Shown here: positions 51,867 through 61,534 of the stretch, in pieces
Numbering within the stretch: position 1 is the stretch's first letter
How the letters are laid out: each line of letters starts with the position of its first letter
Source: Candidatus Latescibacterota bacterium
GTDB taxonomy: Bacteria > Latescibacterota > UBA2968 > GCA-2709665
NCBI GenBank assembly: GCA_965222075.1
Contig: OZ244937.1
Coordinates: 3,712,001 to 3,776,000, forward strand
Length of the DNA: 64,000 bases
Direction: 5' to 3'
The notes under the pieces: generated by a model
Seen by the model: only the letters and a program-made list of their open reading frames with translations
Databases searched by the model: none
Told to the model about the DNA's origin: nothing
Position numbers and translations under genes: made by a program

Positions 51867-54226
51867 AGCGCATCCACCGGATTCGCCGTCGCCGCCCGGA
51901 TCGCCTGCACGCTCACGGTCAACAGTGCGACAAACAGGGCCAGCCCTCCGGACGCTGCAAATACCCACCAGCCGATGTCGATGCGATAGGCAAAATCCTG
52001 CAGCCAACGGTCCAGGATGTAATACGCGATTGGCGAAGCCACCACAAAGGCGATAAGCACCAGCCGGGCGAAGTCCCTGGACAACAGGAGCACAATATTC
52101 TCCACCGTCGCCCCCAGCACCTTCCGGATGCCGATCTCCTTCGTCCGCTGCTGGGCCGTAAAAGAAGCAAGCCCGAACAGCCCCAGGCAGGCAATGAAAA
52201 TGGCCAGTCCCGAAAAAACCTCGAACACCCGGGCCATGCGCTGCTCGCTCTCGTAAAGCCGCAGGTAGTCCCCCTCCAGAAAGGAATACGCGAAGGGCCG
52301 ATGGGGCGCGAACTTCTCCCAGACCTGCCGCACGGCAGAAACAGCATCGGCCACGTTGCCGGGCTGCAACCGGACGGCAACATAAGAACGGCCCCAGCGG
52401 AGAAACGGAAGCACCAGGGGTTGGACCCGGTGGCGGAGCGACCCGTAGTGGAAGTCCTCCACAACGCCGATGACCCTGCCTTCTCGGCCTGTCAGCCTCA
52501 TTCGCTTGCCGACCGGCTCTTCCCACCCGAGCGCCGAGGCGGCAGACTGGTTGATGAGAAACGCCGTGGAGTCCGAGGCGAAGTCTCCGGGAGCGAAGTT
52601 CCGACCCCGGACGACCCGCAACCCCAGCGCTTCGGTATAATGCTCGTCGACCATCACGTAGGTAAGTGAGGTCTCCTCGTAGTTGGCAGGCTGCTCAGGC
52701 ACGAACCGCGTGGAATCAAAGCGGTGGCCCGGCAGGCCCTCGGTAACCGAGGCCACAGCCACCTGCGCAAGCGCTCCGAGCCGCTCCCTGAATGCAGCAA
52801 CCTGCCTGCCCAGACTCCTGGCCCCATGCACCACAAGCACGTGTTCTTTATCGAACCCGAGCCGCTTGTGCTGCATATAGCGGAGTTGCTCGTGAACAAC
52901 CAGCGTGCCGATGAGCATTCCAATAGATATGCAGAACTGCGCCACAACCAGCCCGTTGCGCAGCCGGTCCCCGCCGAAGCGACCTGCAACACGTCCCCTG
53001 AGCACCTGCACAGGCCAGAAGGACGACAGGAAAAATGCCGGATACATCCCTGCCAGCACGGCCACCGCCGTCACAATTCCGCCCAGCGCCAGAACCGCGA
53101 ACGGCGAACTCAGGCTTCCGGTTGTCAGCTGTTTGCCGACAAAGCCGTTGAGGAACGGCAACCCCAGTTCGCTCAACCCCAGCGCCAGAACCACCGCCAG
53201 CGCCACATACAGCGACGACTCGACGAGAAACTGGCGAACGAGCTGCGCACGCTGGGAACCCAGAACTTTCCGAACACCCACCTCCCGGGCGCGGTTGGTC
53301 GAACGCGCTGTGGACAGGTTCACAAAATTGATACACGCCAAAAGCAGGATAAAGACGGCAACAAGAGAAAAAATATAAACGTTCAAAATATCGCCGGTCG
53401 GCTCCAGTTCCAACTCCAGATGCGAGTGCAGATGAATATCCGTCAACGGCTGCAACAGGAACCGGCTGTAGCCTCCTGCACGGGAAAAACGCTTCTCCAG
53501 TCCGCGACGCTCGACATGTTCCCGGAGCTTCGTCTCCACCCCGGACGCTTTTGTCCCCTCCCTCAAAACCACATACGTATAGACGGTGGCCGACCCCCAA
53601 CCCTTCTGTCGTCGTTCGACGATCGGAAGCGTTCTCAAAGGTGCGAGAAAATCGAAGTGAAAATGGGACTGGAGAGGAAACCCCCTCACCACGCCCGTGA
53701 CGCGCAGAAGCGTACCGTCGTTGAGTTCCAGCGGCTGTCCGAACGGGTCCTGGTCCCGGAAATACCGCCGCGCCGTCTCTTCCGTAATCACAACCGCATC
53801 CGGATCGCGCAGCGCCGTTTCCGGATCTCCCTCGACGAAGGGCGCGGTGAACACATCGAAAAAACCCTCCTCCACATAAAAAAAGTCACCTTCAATCACG
53901 TACTCCCGGCCGTGGCGCAGCGTCCGGCGCTCACGCCTCATACGCACCGTCCGCTCCACCTCCGGTAAATCCGCCAGCGCTTCAGCGACGGGAATAGGCC
54001 CTTTAGGAATCGTCCATTCATTGTCGCCGTAGCGAGCGTCCCACAGAACGCGATAGATCCGGTCCGCCTTTTCGTGGAACCGGTCGTAGCTCACCTCGTC
54101 CAGCACGAACAGCAGGATCAGGATGCAGCACGCCATCCCCACGGCCAGGCCCAGAATGTTGATGGCCGAATAGACCCGGTGCCGCAGCAAATTCCGCACC
54201 GCAACCTTCAGATCATTCTTAAACAT
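51854..54226 (-). CDS. MacB/FtsX-type ABC permease
   Basis: MFKNDLKVAVRNL, LACINF, RAREVGVRK, QRTKEIGIRK, NPVDALRYE. Confidence 0.93.
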   Translation of the reverse strand: MFKNDLKVAVRNLLRHRVYSAINILGLAVGMACCILILLFVLDEVSYDRFHEKADRIYRVLWDARYGDNEWTIPKGPIPVAEALADLPEVERTVRMRRERRTLRHGREYVIEGDFFYVEEGFFDVFTAPFVEGDPETALRDPDAVVITEETARRYFRDQDPFGQPLELNDGTLLRVTGVVRGFPLQSHFHFDFLAPLRTLPIVERRQKGWGSATVYTYVVLREGTKASGVETKLREHVERRGLEKRFSRAGGYSRFLLQPLTDIHLHSHLELELEPTGDILNVYIFSLVAVFILLLACINFVNLSTARSTNRAREVGVRKVLGSQRAQLVRQFLVESSLYVALAVVLALGLSELGLPFLNGFVGKQLTTGSLSSPFAVLALGGIVTAVAVLAGMYPAFFLSSFWPVQVLRGRVAGRFGGDRLRNGLVVAQFCISIGMLIGTLVVHEQLRYMQHKRLGFDKEHVLVVHGARSLGRQVAAFRERLGALAQVAVASVTEGLPGHRFDSTRFVPEQPANYEETSLTYVMVDEHYTEALGLRVVRGRNFAPGDFASDSTAFLINQSAASALGWEEPVGKRMRLTGREGRVIGVVEDFHYGSLRHRVQPLVLPFLRWGRSYVAVRLQPGNVADAVSAVRQVWEKFAPHRPFAYSFLEGDYLRLYESEQRMARVFEVFSGLAIFIACLGLFGLASFTAQQRTKEIGIRKVLGATVENIVLLLSRDFARLVLIAFVVASPIAYYILDRWLQDFAYRIDIGWWVFAASGGLALFVALLTVSVQAIRAATANPVDALRYE

Positions 54227-54908
54227 GGGACCGTCCCTTCACATTCTCCGTCACCACATGCCCGTCAAACAGGTGGATAATGCGGTGGCTGTATCCCGCA
54301 TCGTGCGCCGAGTGGGTCACCATCACAATCGTGGTGCCCACCTTGTTCAACTCCGTCAGCAGGTCCATCACCTCATCCCCGTGGCTCGAATCCAGGTTCC
54401 CCGTCGGCTCGTCGGCCAGGATCAGCTTGGGCTTGGTCACCACTGCCCGGCCCACCGCCACGCGCTGCTGCTGTCCCCCGGACAGCTGCTGCGGGAAGTG
54501 GTTCTTTCGGTGCGTGATCCCCATATAATCCAGCACCTCTTCCACCTTTTTCTTCCGCTCCGAACCCGAAACCCCCAGGTACAGCAACGGCAGCTCCACG
54601 TTCTCGAACACCGTCAGCTCGTCAATCAGGTTAAAACTCTGGAACACGAACCCGACCGTCCCCTTCCGCAGGTTCGCCCGCTGTCTTTCAGAATAGGTCG
54701 ACACCTCCCGGTCCTCCAGAAAGTACTCCCCGCTGCTGGGCTGGTCCAGAAGCCCCAGAACATTGAGCAACGTGGACTTCCCGCATCCCGAAGGCCCCAT
54801 CACAGCCACGAACTCACCCGCGCCGATTTCAACATTCACATTGTTCAAGGCGGTGGTCTCCACCTCTTCAGTCGTATAAGCCTTGCTCAGACCGTTGGTT
54901 TTGATCAT
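54219..54908 (-). CDS. MacB/LolD-type ABC ATP-binding protein
   Basis: [29 protein letters not shown]. Confidence 0.95.
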   Translation of the reverse strand: MIKTNGLSKAYTTEEVETTALNNVNVEIGAGEFVAVMGPSGCGKSTLLNVLGLLDQPSSGEYFLEDREVSTYSERQRANLRKGTVGFVFQSFNLIDELTVFENVELPLLYLGVSGSERKKKVEEVLDYMGITHRKNHFPQQLSGGQQQRVAVGRAVVTKPKLILADEPTGNLDSSHGDEVMDLLTELNKVGTTIVMVTHSAHDAGYSHRIIHLFDGHVVTENVKGRSHV

Positions 54909-54920
54909 AGCTTACTCCTC

Positions 54921-56174
54921 TCAATCTTTTAAGATGAGCTTTTCTATCTCCTCATAATGCTCATACGACGACGTCACAACGCGTTCCTCCGGCTCCAGCC
55001 CCTCCAGCACCTCGAAAAACTCCGGATTCTGCCGGCCGATCCGCAGCGGCCGACGTACCGCAAACGCCCCCGACGGGTCCACCACAAACACCCAGTTCCC
55101 TCCCGTGGTCTGATAAAATCCTCCCCTGGCCAGGAGCACGGCCTCGGAAAGGTCCCCCAGGGCCAGCCGGATGTGGAGCGTCTGTCCCCGGCGGATGTCT
55201 TCGGGCATTTCTCCTGCAAACTCGAGATCAACCTCAAACCGGCCGTCTAAAATCTCCGGATAGACCTTCTTGATCACCAGGTGGTAGGTCTTCCCGGCAA
55301 GATCGAACATACCGGTCTGCCCCGGATTGATCCGATGGATATAAAACTCATCGATGTCCGCCCGGGCCTTAAACCCGTCCAGCACATCGACCTGCCCCAA
55401 ACGCTGTCCTTTGGACTTCAACTCCCCGATCTCCGCATTCAGCGACGTCAACTGCCCGCTCACCGGCGCCTTTAAAATCAAATTTTCCAGATTCCGTTTC
55501 ACAGCCTTCAGATTCAACTCTAACTTTTTAACCGAAGCCTCCATATGTGCAATCTGGCCCTGGCGGTACAGAGAATCCTGCCTCACGGTCTGAACCATAA
55601 ACTCCTGCCGCTTCAACTGGTATTCGTAATTTTCCTTGCTTTCCGCATAATCTTTCCTTGCAATCAAATTCCGCTTCATCAATTCCTCATGTCTTAAATA
55701 TTCCCGTCTCGCCTGCTGAACCTGGTATTCAATATTAATCAATTCCTCCTGCCGTCTAATCGTCTGCTGTTCCATATTAATGCGGGTATTCTCCATATTA
55801 TTAATCTGTTCGAATAAAACGGCCTCCTGGTTCATCACGCTCAGTTCCAGCATCGGGTCCGACAGCCTCAGAAGCGGCTCCCCTTTGGTGACCATACTCC
55901 CCTCTTCCACAAAGACCTCCTCCACCTGTCCGCCGACCAGAGCATCCAGATAGATCGTCTGAATGGGCAGCATCGTCCCCCGAACCGGAATAAACTCCTG
56001 AAACGGCCCCCGCTCAACCGTAGAAATCGTAATCCGCTCGACCTTCACGTTCAGCTTCGCACTGTGGTCCCCCAGCAAGAATTCGTAGAGAACCGCACCA
56101 ACAAAAAGCCCGGCCAGGGCCATCCCCGCAATCCGTCTCGGGGGCCACCGGCGCTTCCGGATCTTCCGGTCCAT
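54921..56174 (-). CDS. Efflux periplasmic adaptor (membrane fusion protein, MacA/HlyD-like)
   Basis: MDRKI + TM anchor, GGQVEEVFVEEG, coiled coil, APVSGQL, IGRQNP..EVLEGL. Alternative upstream start 56303. Confidence 0.88.
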   Translation of the reverse strand: MDRKIRKRRWPPRRIAGMALAGLFVGAVLYEFLLGDHSAKLNVKVERITISTVERGPFQEFIPVRGTMLPIQTIYLDALVGGQVEEVFVEEGSMVTKGEPLLRLSDPMLELSVMNQEAVLFEQINNMENTRINMEQQTIRRQEELINIEYQVQQARREYLRHEELMKRNLIARKDYAESKENYEYQLKRQEFMVQTVRQDSLYRQGQIAHMEASVKKLELNLKAVKRNLENLILKAPVSGQLTSLNAEIGELKSKGQRLGQVDVLDGFKARADIDEFYIHRINPGQTGMFDLAGKTYHLVIKKVYPEILDGRFEVDLEFAGEMPEDIRRGQTLHIRLALGDLSEAVLLARGGFYQTTGGNWVFVVDPSGAFAVRRPLRIGRQNPEFFEVLEGLEPEERVVTSSYEHYEEIEKLILKD

Positions 56175-56355
56175 CGCCAGCCCTTCTTCCGTTCCCCCCG
56201 TCGACGACCGGCTCTGCGAACCACCGGCTCCGGACTCCGGACTCCAGTTCACAATCTTGTCCACCAGATCGTCTTTGGCACGCCCTGGTTCTTCGCTCAA
56301 CACAATTCACCTCATCATTTTTTCATCCGTACACCGATCCTCAACTTCTCACTTC

Positions 56356-56976
56356 CTACAAACTCCCCGTCACCCCCAACCGCTCAACCTCTCCTCTCAA
56401 CCGATGCCGCCCCCGATACAGCCAGACCTTCAACGTTCCGACCGGCACCTGGAGCTCCTCCACAATCTCATGATAAGATCGTTCCCTTACATAATGCAAC
56501 CAGACCGCCTCGCGCTGCCGGTCCGGCAGCGCCTGGATGCTCTGCATCACAATCTCCCGGCGCTCCTTCCGCACCATCACGGCTTCGGGATCTTCGTGAG
56601 GCGCCGGGCGCCACCGCGCCTGAAGCGCGGGTACGGCATCGTCTACTTCATCCAGCCAATTTCTCTGCGTCCGCCGGGTCCGCAAATAGGATGTACACAC
56701 ATTCAGAGCAATGCGCGTCAGCCAGGTAGAGAAAGTGGCCTGCCCCCGAAAATTGGCCAGCCCCTGAAAGGCCTTCATAAAAACCATCTGGACCAGGTCC
56801 TCTGTCTCATCTCCCTTCCTTGTGCACCGATGCACAATCGCACGCACCCGGTCACGGTGCGTCCTGTAAAGAACTTCAAAAGCCCCGTCATCTCCCGCAA
56901 GCGCCCGATCGATCAGCGCCGCATCCGATTCAGGCGCACACTGCAATGTTTCAGGATCGTTTTTCTTTCCCCTCAC
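56356..56976 (-). CDS. ECF RNA polymerase sigma factor
   Basis: EDLVQMVFMKAF, FSTWLTRIALN, LPDRQREAV, SYHEI...VPVGTLK; GAGGGAG RBS before GTG 56976. Confidence 0.9.
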   Translation of the reverse strand: MRGKKNDPETLQCAPESDAALIDRALAGDDGAFEVLYRTHRDRVRAIVHRCTRKGDETEDLVQMVFMKAFQGLANFRGQATFSTWLTRIALNVCTSYLRTRRTQRNWLDEVDDAVPALQARWRPAPHEDPEAVMVRKERREIVMQSIQALPDRQREAVWLHYVRERSYHEIVEELQVPVGTLKVWLYRGRHRLRGEVERLGVTGSL

Positions 56977-57041
56977 AACAGAACTCCCTCGGTTTTCATA
57001 TCCCGGATGCCTGCAAAACACCGAACTTCTGTTCAGAAGAA

Positions 57042-57162
57042 AGCGACAACCGTGCCAACACTGGTTTTTTATTATTTTTCAACTGCTTATATATGTTTCC
57101 CCCAAAAAAACGATCAAAAAAGTGTCCGCTGGCGATACACAAGTGTCCGCTAACGGACACTT
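57042..57162 (-). promoter_or_regulatory. Sigma-54 (-24/-12) promoter with IHF-like site and tandem enhancer-like palindromes
   Basis: TTGGCACGGTTGTCGCT at 57058-57042 (GG-N10-GC); TTTCAACTGCTTA in the AT tract; AAGTGTCCG-CTAA-CGGACACTT at 57141-57162 plus a degenerate copy at 57121-57140. Confidence 0.7.
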
Positions 57163-57192
57163 CACACTGCACCACTCCCACACACAGGCCAA

Positions 57193-57889
57193 ACATCAAA
57201 CTCCCCGTCACCTCCTCCGCCTTTCTCCCCCTTTCCTCTCAGGAAAGGGGGCCGGGGGGATAGGTCACTCAGTCCGCTGGCTGGCAGAACAGTTCGGGCC
57301 GGCGGAACAGCCGTGGGAATGACCCCTCCCCCAGCCCCTCCCCGAAACGGGGAGGGGAGAGCGTGCTCCTAAGAGGGTTGGAAGGTAGTTGGCGCGAAGA
57401 CGTTCCCAGAGAATGCGCTCTTCTTCCGTCATCTGACCACGAAGCATTCTTGCCCGCTTCACCTTATCCGGATCCACTCTCTGCCCAATAACGATATTTC
57501 TCTTCCTCATCCTACACCCGTCACCTCCTCCGCCTTCCTCCCCCTTTCCTCTCAGGAAAGGGGGCCGGGGGGATAGGTCACTCAGTCCGCTGGCTGGCAG
57601 AACAGTTCGGGCCGGCGGAACAGCCGTGGGAATGACCCCTCCCCCAGCCCCTCCCCGAAACGGGGAGGGGAGAGGGTGCTCCTAAGAGGGTTGGCGAGAA
57701 GGCGTTCCCAGAGAATGCCCTCTTCTTCCGTCATCTGACCACGAAGCATTCTTGCCCGCTTCACCTTATCCAGGTCCACTCTCTGTCCAATAACGATATT
57801 TCTTTTACTCATCCTGCACCCCTCACCTCCCCCGCCTTTCTCCCCCTTTCCTCTCAGGAAAGGGGGCCGGGGGGATAGGTCACTCATAC
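57193..57889. mobile_element. DUF559 element cluster: solo right end plus two core-deleted units (313 and 302 bp)
   Basis: Right ends finish at 57270, 57583 and 57885; deletions of 251 and 262 bp relative to the 564-bp unit. Confidence 0.85.
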
Positions 57890-60219
57890 CTTAGCGCATC
57901 CACCGGGTTCGCCCGTGCCGCACGCATTGCCTGCGACCCTACCGCCAGCAGCACGATCGCCAGCATCAACACCCCACCCAAAACGAACGTCCCGACCCCC
58001 AGCTCAATCCGATACGCAAAATCCTGCAACCACCGCTCCATCGCATAATACGCCACCGGCCAGGCGATGACACTGGCAACAGCCACGAGCACGAGGAACT
58101 CCCTGGAAAGCAGGGACAGGATATTGGGAACCGTGGCGCCCAGCGCCTTCCGAATGCCGATCTCCTTCGTCCGCCGCGCCACCGCAAGCGCCGTCAGCCC
58201 GAACGCGCCGAGACAGGCGATGAAAACCGCGAACAGCGCGGAATACTGTACGATTCGGTTCCAGCGTTCCTCCTTCCTGTACTGCCGGTCCACCTCCTCG
58301 TCAAGAAAAGAATACTGAAACGGAAGGTCCGGTGCGACCTCCTGCCACTTCTCCTCCAAAAAGGCCAGCGTGCCCGGGATGTTCTCCGGGCGGATCCGGA
58401 TTAGCAATCGGGTAAACCCCGGACTGAGCCTCAACACCGCCGGCCCGATCTTGTGGTGCAGGGAGCGAAAATGGAAGTCCTGCACCACGCCGATCACAGT
58501 AATATCCCGCTTGTTCATCCGCAGCATCCTGCCCGCCACCGGCCTGTCCCACCCCAAACGCCGGACCAGGGCCTCGTTCACGATAATGGAAGCCCTGGAA
58601 TCCGTATTCCGTGTATCGAAATCCGCTCCCTCCAGGAGGGAGATATCCATCGTCTCCAGGAAGTCATAGCCGACAAAGACCATCTCAACACCCATTTCAT
58701 TCCCTTCATGCTCAATGCTGTTCCTGTACCTCGTCCTGCTGCTCAGCGCGTTGCTGGTCCCTGTCACGCCCAGAACCCCGTGGTGTCCCAGCAACTCGTT
58801 CCGGTACACCCCGGGTAGATCCGAATCTCGCTCCCGCAGGTCCCAAATATGGATGTACAGGACGTGATCACTCTCAAAGCCCAGCGGTTTTGTCCTCAGA
58901 TACTCAAGTTGCCGGGCCATCAGCAGCGCACTGACCACCAGGAAGACGGACAGGGCAAGCTGGAAAACCACAAGCGCCCGGCCGAACAGGCTGGACCCTC
59001 CGAGGCTGAGCCTTCTTTTCAACACCGCAACGGACTGAAACCCTGACAGTACGAAGGCCGGGTAGCTGCCTGCGGCCAGCCCGACGGCCAGCGCCAGTCC
59101 GAGCAAAAAGACCAGGCCCACGCCATCCGCCTGATCGGCCAGGGCGAGGTCCTGACCGGCCAGGCTGTTGAAGGCCGGCAGGAGGAGTTCCGCCAGAGCG
59201 ACCCCGGCCACCAGGGCCATCGCGCTCAACAGCATCGACTCTCCCAGGAACTGCTTCATCAGCTGCGTCCGAGACGCACCCACCACCTTGCGCATCCCCA
59301 CCTCCCGGGCGCGGGCGAACGACCGGCCCACAGCCAGAGTCATAAAGTTCACGCACGCAATCACCAGCACCAGCAGGGCAATTCCCAGAAGAATATAAGA
59401 AAAGGCCGGATTGCTCGCGGGTTTGGGTCCCCGGGTGCCCGGATTGAGATGCACCTCCAGGAGCGGCTGGAGGCCCATCCTGGCGTCCCGCTTTTCTCCC
59501 AGCCACATCTTTAACAACTCCGGAAACCGTTCCTCCAGATCGGCCGGACGTCTGTGCTCCGGAAGCAGCAGGTAGGTCTGGATATCTTCCTGGCTCCAGC
59601 CCCTGAGCTCACCCCCGGCCTCGAACGGAGCCAGAAAATCGAACCGGATGCTGGAGTTCTTCGGAACGGGCTTCGCAATCCCGGTCACAACAAAATCCCA
59701 AACCACCGGCGGGCGGCCCCATATCTCAACGGAAAGGACTTTGCCCAGGGGGTCTTTATCTCCAAAGTACTTCCGTGCCGCCGCCTCGGTGATCACCACA
59801 GAGTACGGACCTTCCAGCACCGTCGTCGGGTCTCCCTTCACCAGGGGAAAGGTGAACACCTCCAGGATGGCCGGATCGACAAAGCGGAAACTTTCTCGAA
59901 ACGACCGGTCCCCCTGCATAACAGAGAAAGAGCCCCAGCCAATCCTGACGCTCCGGACGTCCGGAAACGCCTCCGCCAGCGCCGGCCCCAGCGCGTCCGA
60001 CGTAACGCCCGACGGCTCGAACCCGGTATCATCCATATAGACCCTGTAGATCCGATCCGCGTTCTCGTGGAACGCGTCGTACGTCCACTCCCGCCGGACG
60101 AACAGAAACGTCAGCACACAAAACGCAATCCCGATCGAAAGACCCGTCACGTTGATAAAAGAATAGACCTTATGGCGCACCAGATTGCGAAACGCTACTT
60201 TCAGATAATTTCCGAGCAT
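57880..60219 (-). CDS. MacB/FtsX-type ABC permease
   Basis: MLGNYLKVAFRNL, IACVNF, RAREVGMRK, RRTKEIGIRK, NPVDALRYE. Confidence 0.93.
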   Translation of the reverse strand: MLGNYLKVAFRNLVRHKVYSFINVTGLSIGIAFCVLTFLFVRREWTYDAFHENADRIYRVYMDDTGFEPSGVTSDALGPALAEAFPDVRSVRIGWGSFSVMQGDRSFRESFRFVDPAILEVFTFPLVKGDPTTVLEGPYSVVITEAAARKYFGDKDPLGKVLSVEIWGRPPVVWDFVVTGIAKPVPKNSSIRFDFLAPFEAGGELRGWSQEDIQTYLLLPEHRRPADLEERFPELLKMWLGEKRDARMGLQPLLEVHLNPGTRGPKPASNPAFSYILLGIALLVLVIACVNFMTLAVGRSFARAREVGMRKVVGASRTQLMKQFLGESMLLSAMALVAGVALAELLLPAFNSLAGQDLALADQADGVGLVFLLGLALAVGLAAGSYPAFVLSGFQSVAVLKRRLSLGGSSLFGRALVVFQLALSVFLVVSALLMARQLEYLRTKPLGFESDHVLYIHIWDLRERDSDLPGVYRNELLGHHGVLGVTGTSNALSSRTRYRNSIEHEGNEMGVEMVFVGYDFLETMDISLLEGADFDTRNTDSRASIIVNEALVRRLGWDRPVAGRMLRMNKRDITVIGVVQDFHFRSLHHKIGPAVLRLSPGFTRLLIRIRPENIPGTLAFLEEKWQEVAPDLPFQYSFLDEEVDRQYRKEERWNRIVQYSALFAVFIACLGAFGLTALAVARRTKEIGIRKALGATVPNILSLLSREFLVLVAVASVIAWPVAYYAMERWLQDFAYRIELGVGTFVLGGVLMLAIVLLAVGSQAMRAARANPVDALRYE

Positions 60220-60334
60220 ACGTCCCATCCCTCCAAAAGCGTGACTTGCAGAACCTCAGGACTTCATTCAGCCATTCGCCACCAGCCATCTCAGCTCATA
60301 GCCGGACACTTTCGTCCTGAGAAGCCGTTTTAAA

Positions 60335-60660
60335 ATTCCCGGTGAGTTCCCGACACGCCCGCTCACGCGTCTCGCCTCTGGGATCCCCCCACCGGCGCGC
60401 CTGCGGGCTGGCGCCCCTAACTTGCCGACTCCTCCGGTTTGGTGTGAGAGGAAGGGGCTTTTCCGCGCAGATCCCCCCAGCACCTCCGCCCAAAAACGCC
60501 CAAAAGGTCCGCTGGGCACAAACGCCTGCTTACACCACAGGGGCAGTTCGCGGAAAAGCAGCCCCCGCGGCGTTTGAGCGGCGCCCTTCTTTTTCGGCCT
60601 TTTTCTTGGGCGAACAAGAAAAAGGCCAGGAGTAAAAGAACCGTTGAACCCGGGGATCTA
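60335..60660. other. Structured non-coding intergenic segment
   Basis: 13-bp hairpin ggcctttttcttg-ggcgaa-caagaaaaaggcc (60596-60627); long-range pairing ggggcttttccgcg / cgcggaaaagcagcccc. Confidence 0.4.
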
Positions 60661-60689
60661 CCCAAAGGTTATTTTCCAAGCAGCAGCTT

Positions 60690-61508
60690 CTAAAACTCCC
60701 GCAAACGAATCGAACCATTCACCGCCTTCAAATAAAGCAGGCGCCCGCCCCCGTTTATATCTCCGTCAACCGATTTGCTGATGCGGCCCTTCACCGTAAC
60801 CGGAAAATCCGTCTCGATATGCCCGTTCACCGTCGCTGCTTTCAGGTGCGCCTTGAACCCCCTGGGCAATGCAACCTCAATGCTGCCATTTGTCGTTGAA
60901 GCCCGAATTTCATGCTCATCCTGGCCCCTTTTGGAAAACGCCGCCTCAATCCTGCCGTTCGTCGTACTCGCCTGAATCGCGCCCTGAATCTCCGAGAGCC
61001 GGATATTCCCATTCTTCGTACTCGCCTGGATCGCCCCTTTAACCTCTGCAAACCGGATGCGGCCGTTGGCCGTTTCCGCCTCAATCGCTCCTGAAACAGC
61101 ATCGACCTGGATGCCTCCATTAACCGATTCCAATTCCAGGTCGATCTCTTTGGGCACCGTCAACGTATAACTCACGCTCACGCTCCGATTCCCTCGCAAG
61201 CGCAGCTCCGTCTGGATATCGATCCGGTCCGCCGTCCGGTCGATCCGCACCTCCGTCTTCTCCAGCAGCTTCCGCGCCTCTTCCTCGCTGCGGGCACGCG
61301 CTTTCTTTTTCGCCTGCACCTTCACCTCATTTCGATCCCAGGATCCAATCGTAATTCCCCCGTTCACGTTCACAAGCGTCAGTCGTCCTCCCGGCTGAAA
61401 CTGCATCGAACGCTCGATAACCTCCTGCTCCGTATACTCACCGGCGCCACAGACAACAGGAACAAGACAGAGACTGAACATCGCAACCAGAATGAAAATC
61501 GCCATCAT
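60690..61508 (-). CDS. DUF4097 beta-strand repeat (putative adhesin-like) secreted protein
   Basis: Signal peptide; repeated NVNGGI, SVNGGI, TANGRI, TTNGRI, TVNGHI units. Confidence 0.85.
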   Translation of the reverse strand: MMAIFILVAMFSLCLVPVVCGAGEYTEQEVIERSMQFQPGGRLTLVNVNGGITIGSWDRNEVKVQAKKKARARSEEEARKLLEKTEVRIDRTADRIDIQTELRLRGNRSVSVSYTLTVPKEIDLELESVNGGIQVDAVSGAIEAETANGRIRFAEVKGAIQASTKNGNIRLSEIQGAIQASTTNGRIEAAFSKRGQDEHEIRASTTNGSIEVALPRGFKAHLKAATVNGHIETDFPVTVKGRISKSVDGDINGGGRLLYLKAVNGSIRLREF

Positions 61509-61534
61509 AGGACCTTAACCTCCTGTAATGTGAG

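Noticed and set aside
60958-61040. 54-bp internal repeat in the DUF4097 gene
   Set aside because: Expected from the family's beta-strand repeat structure.
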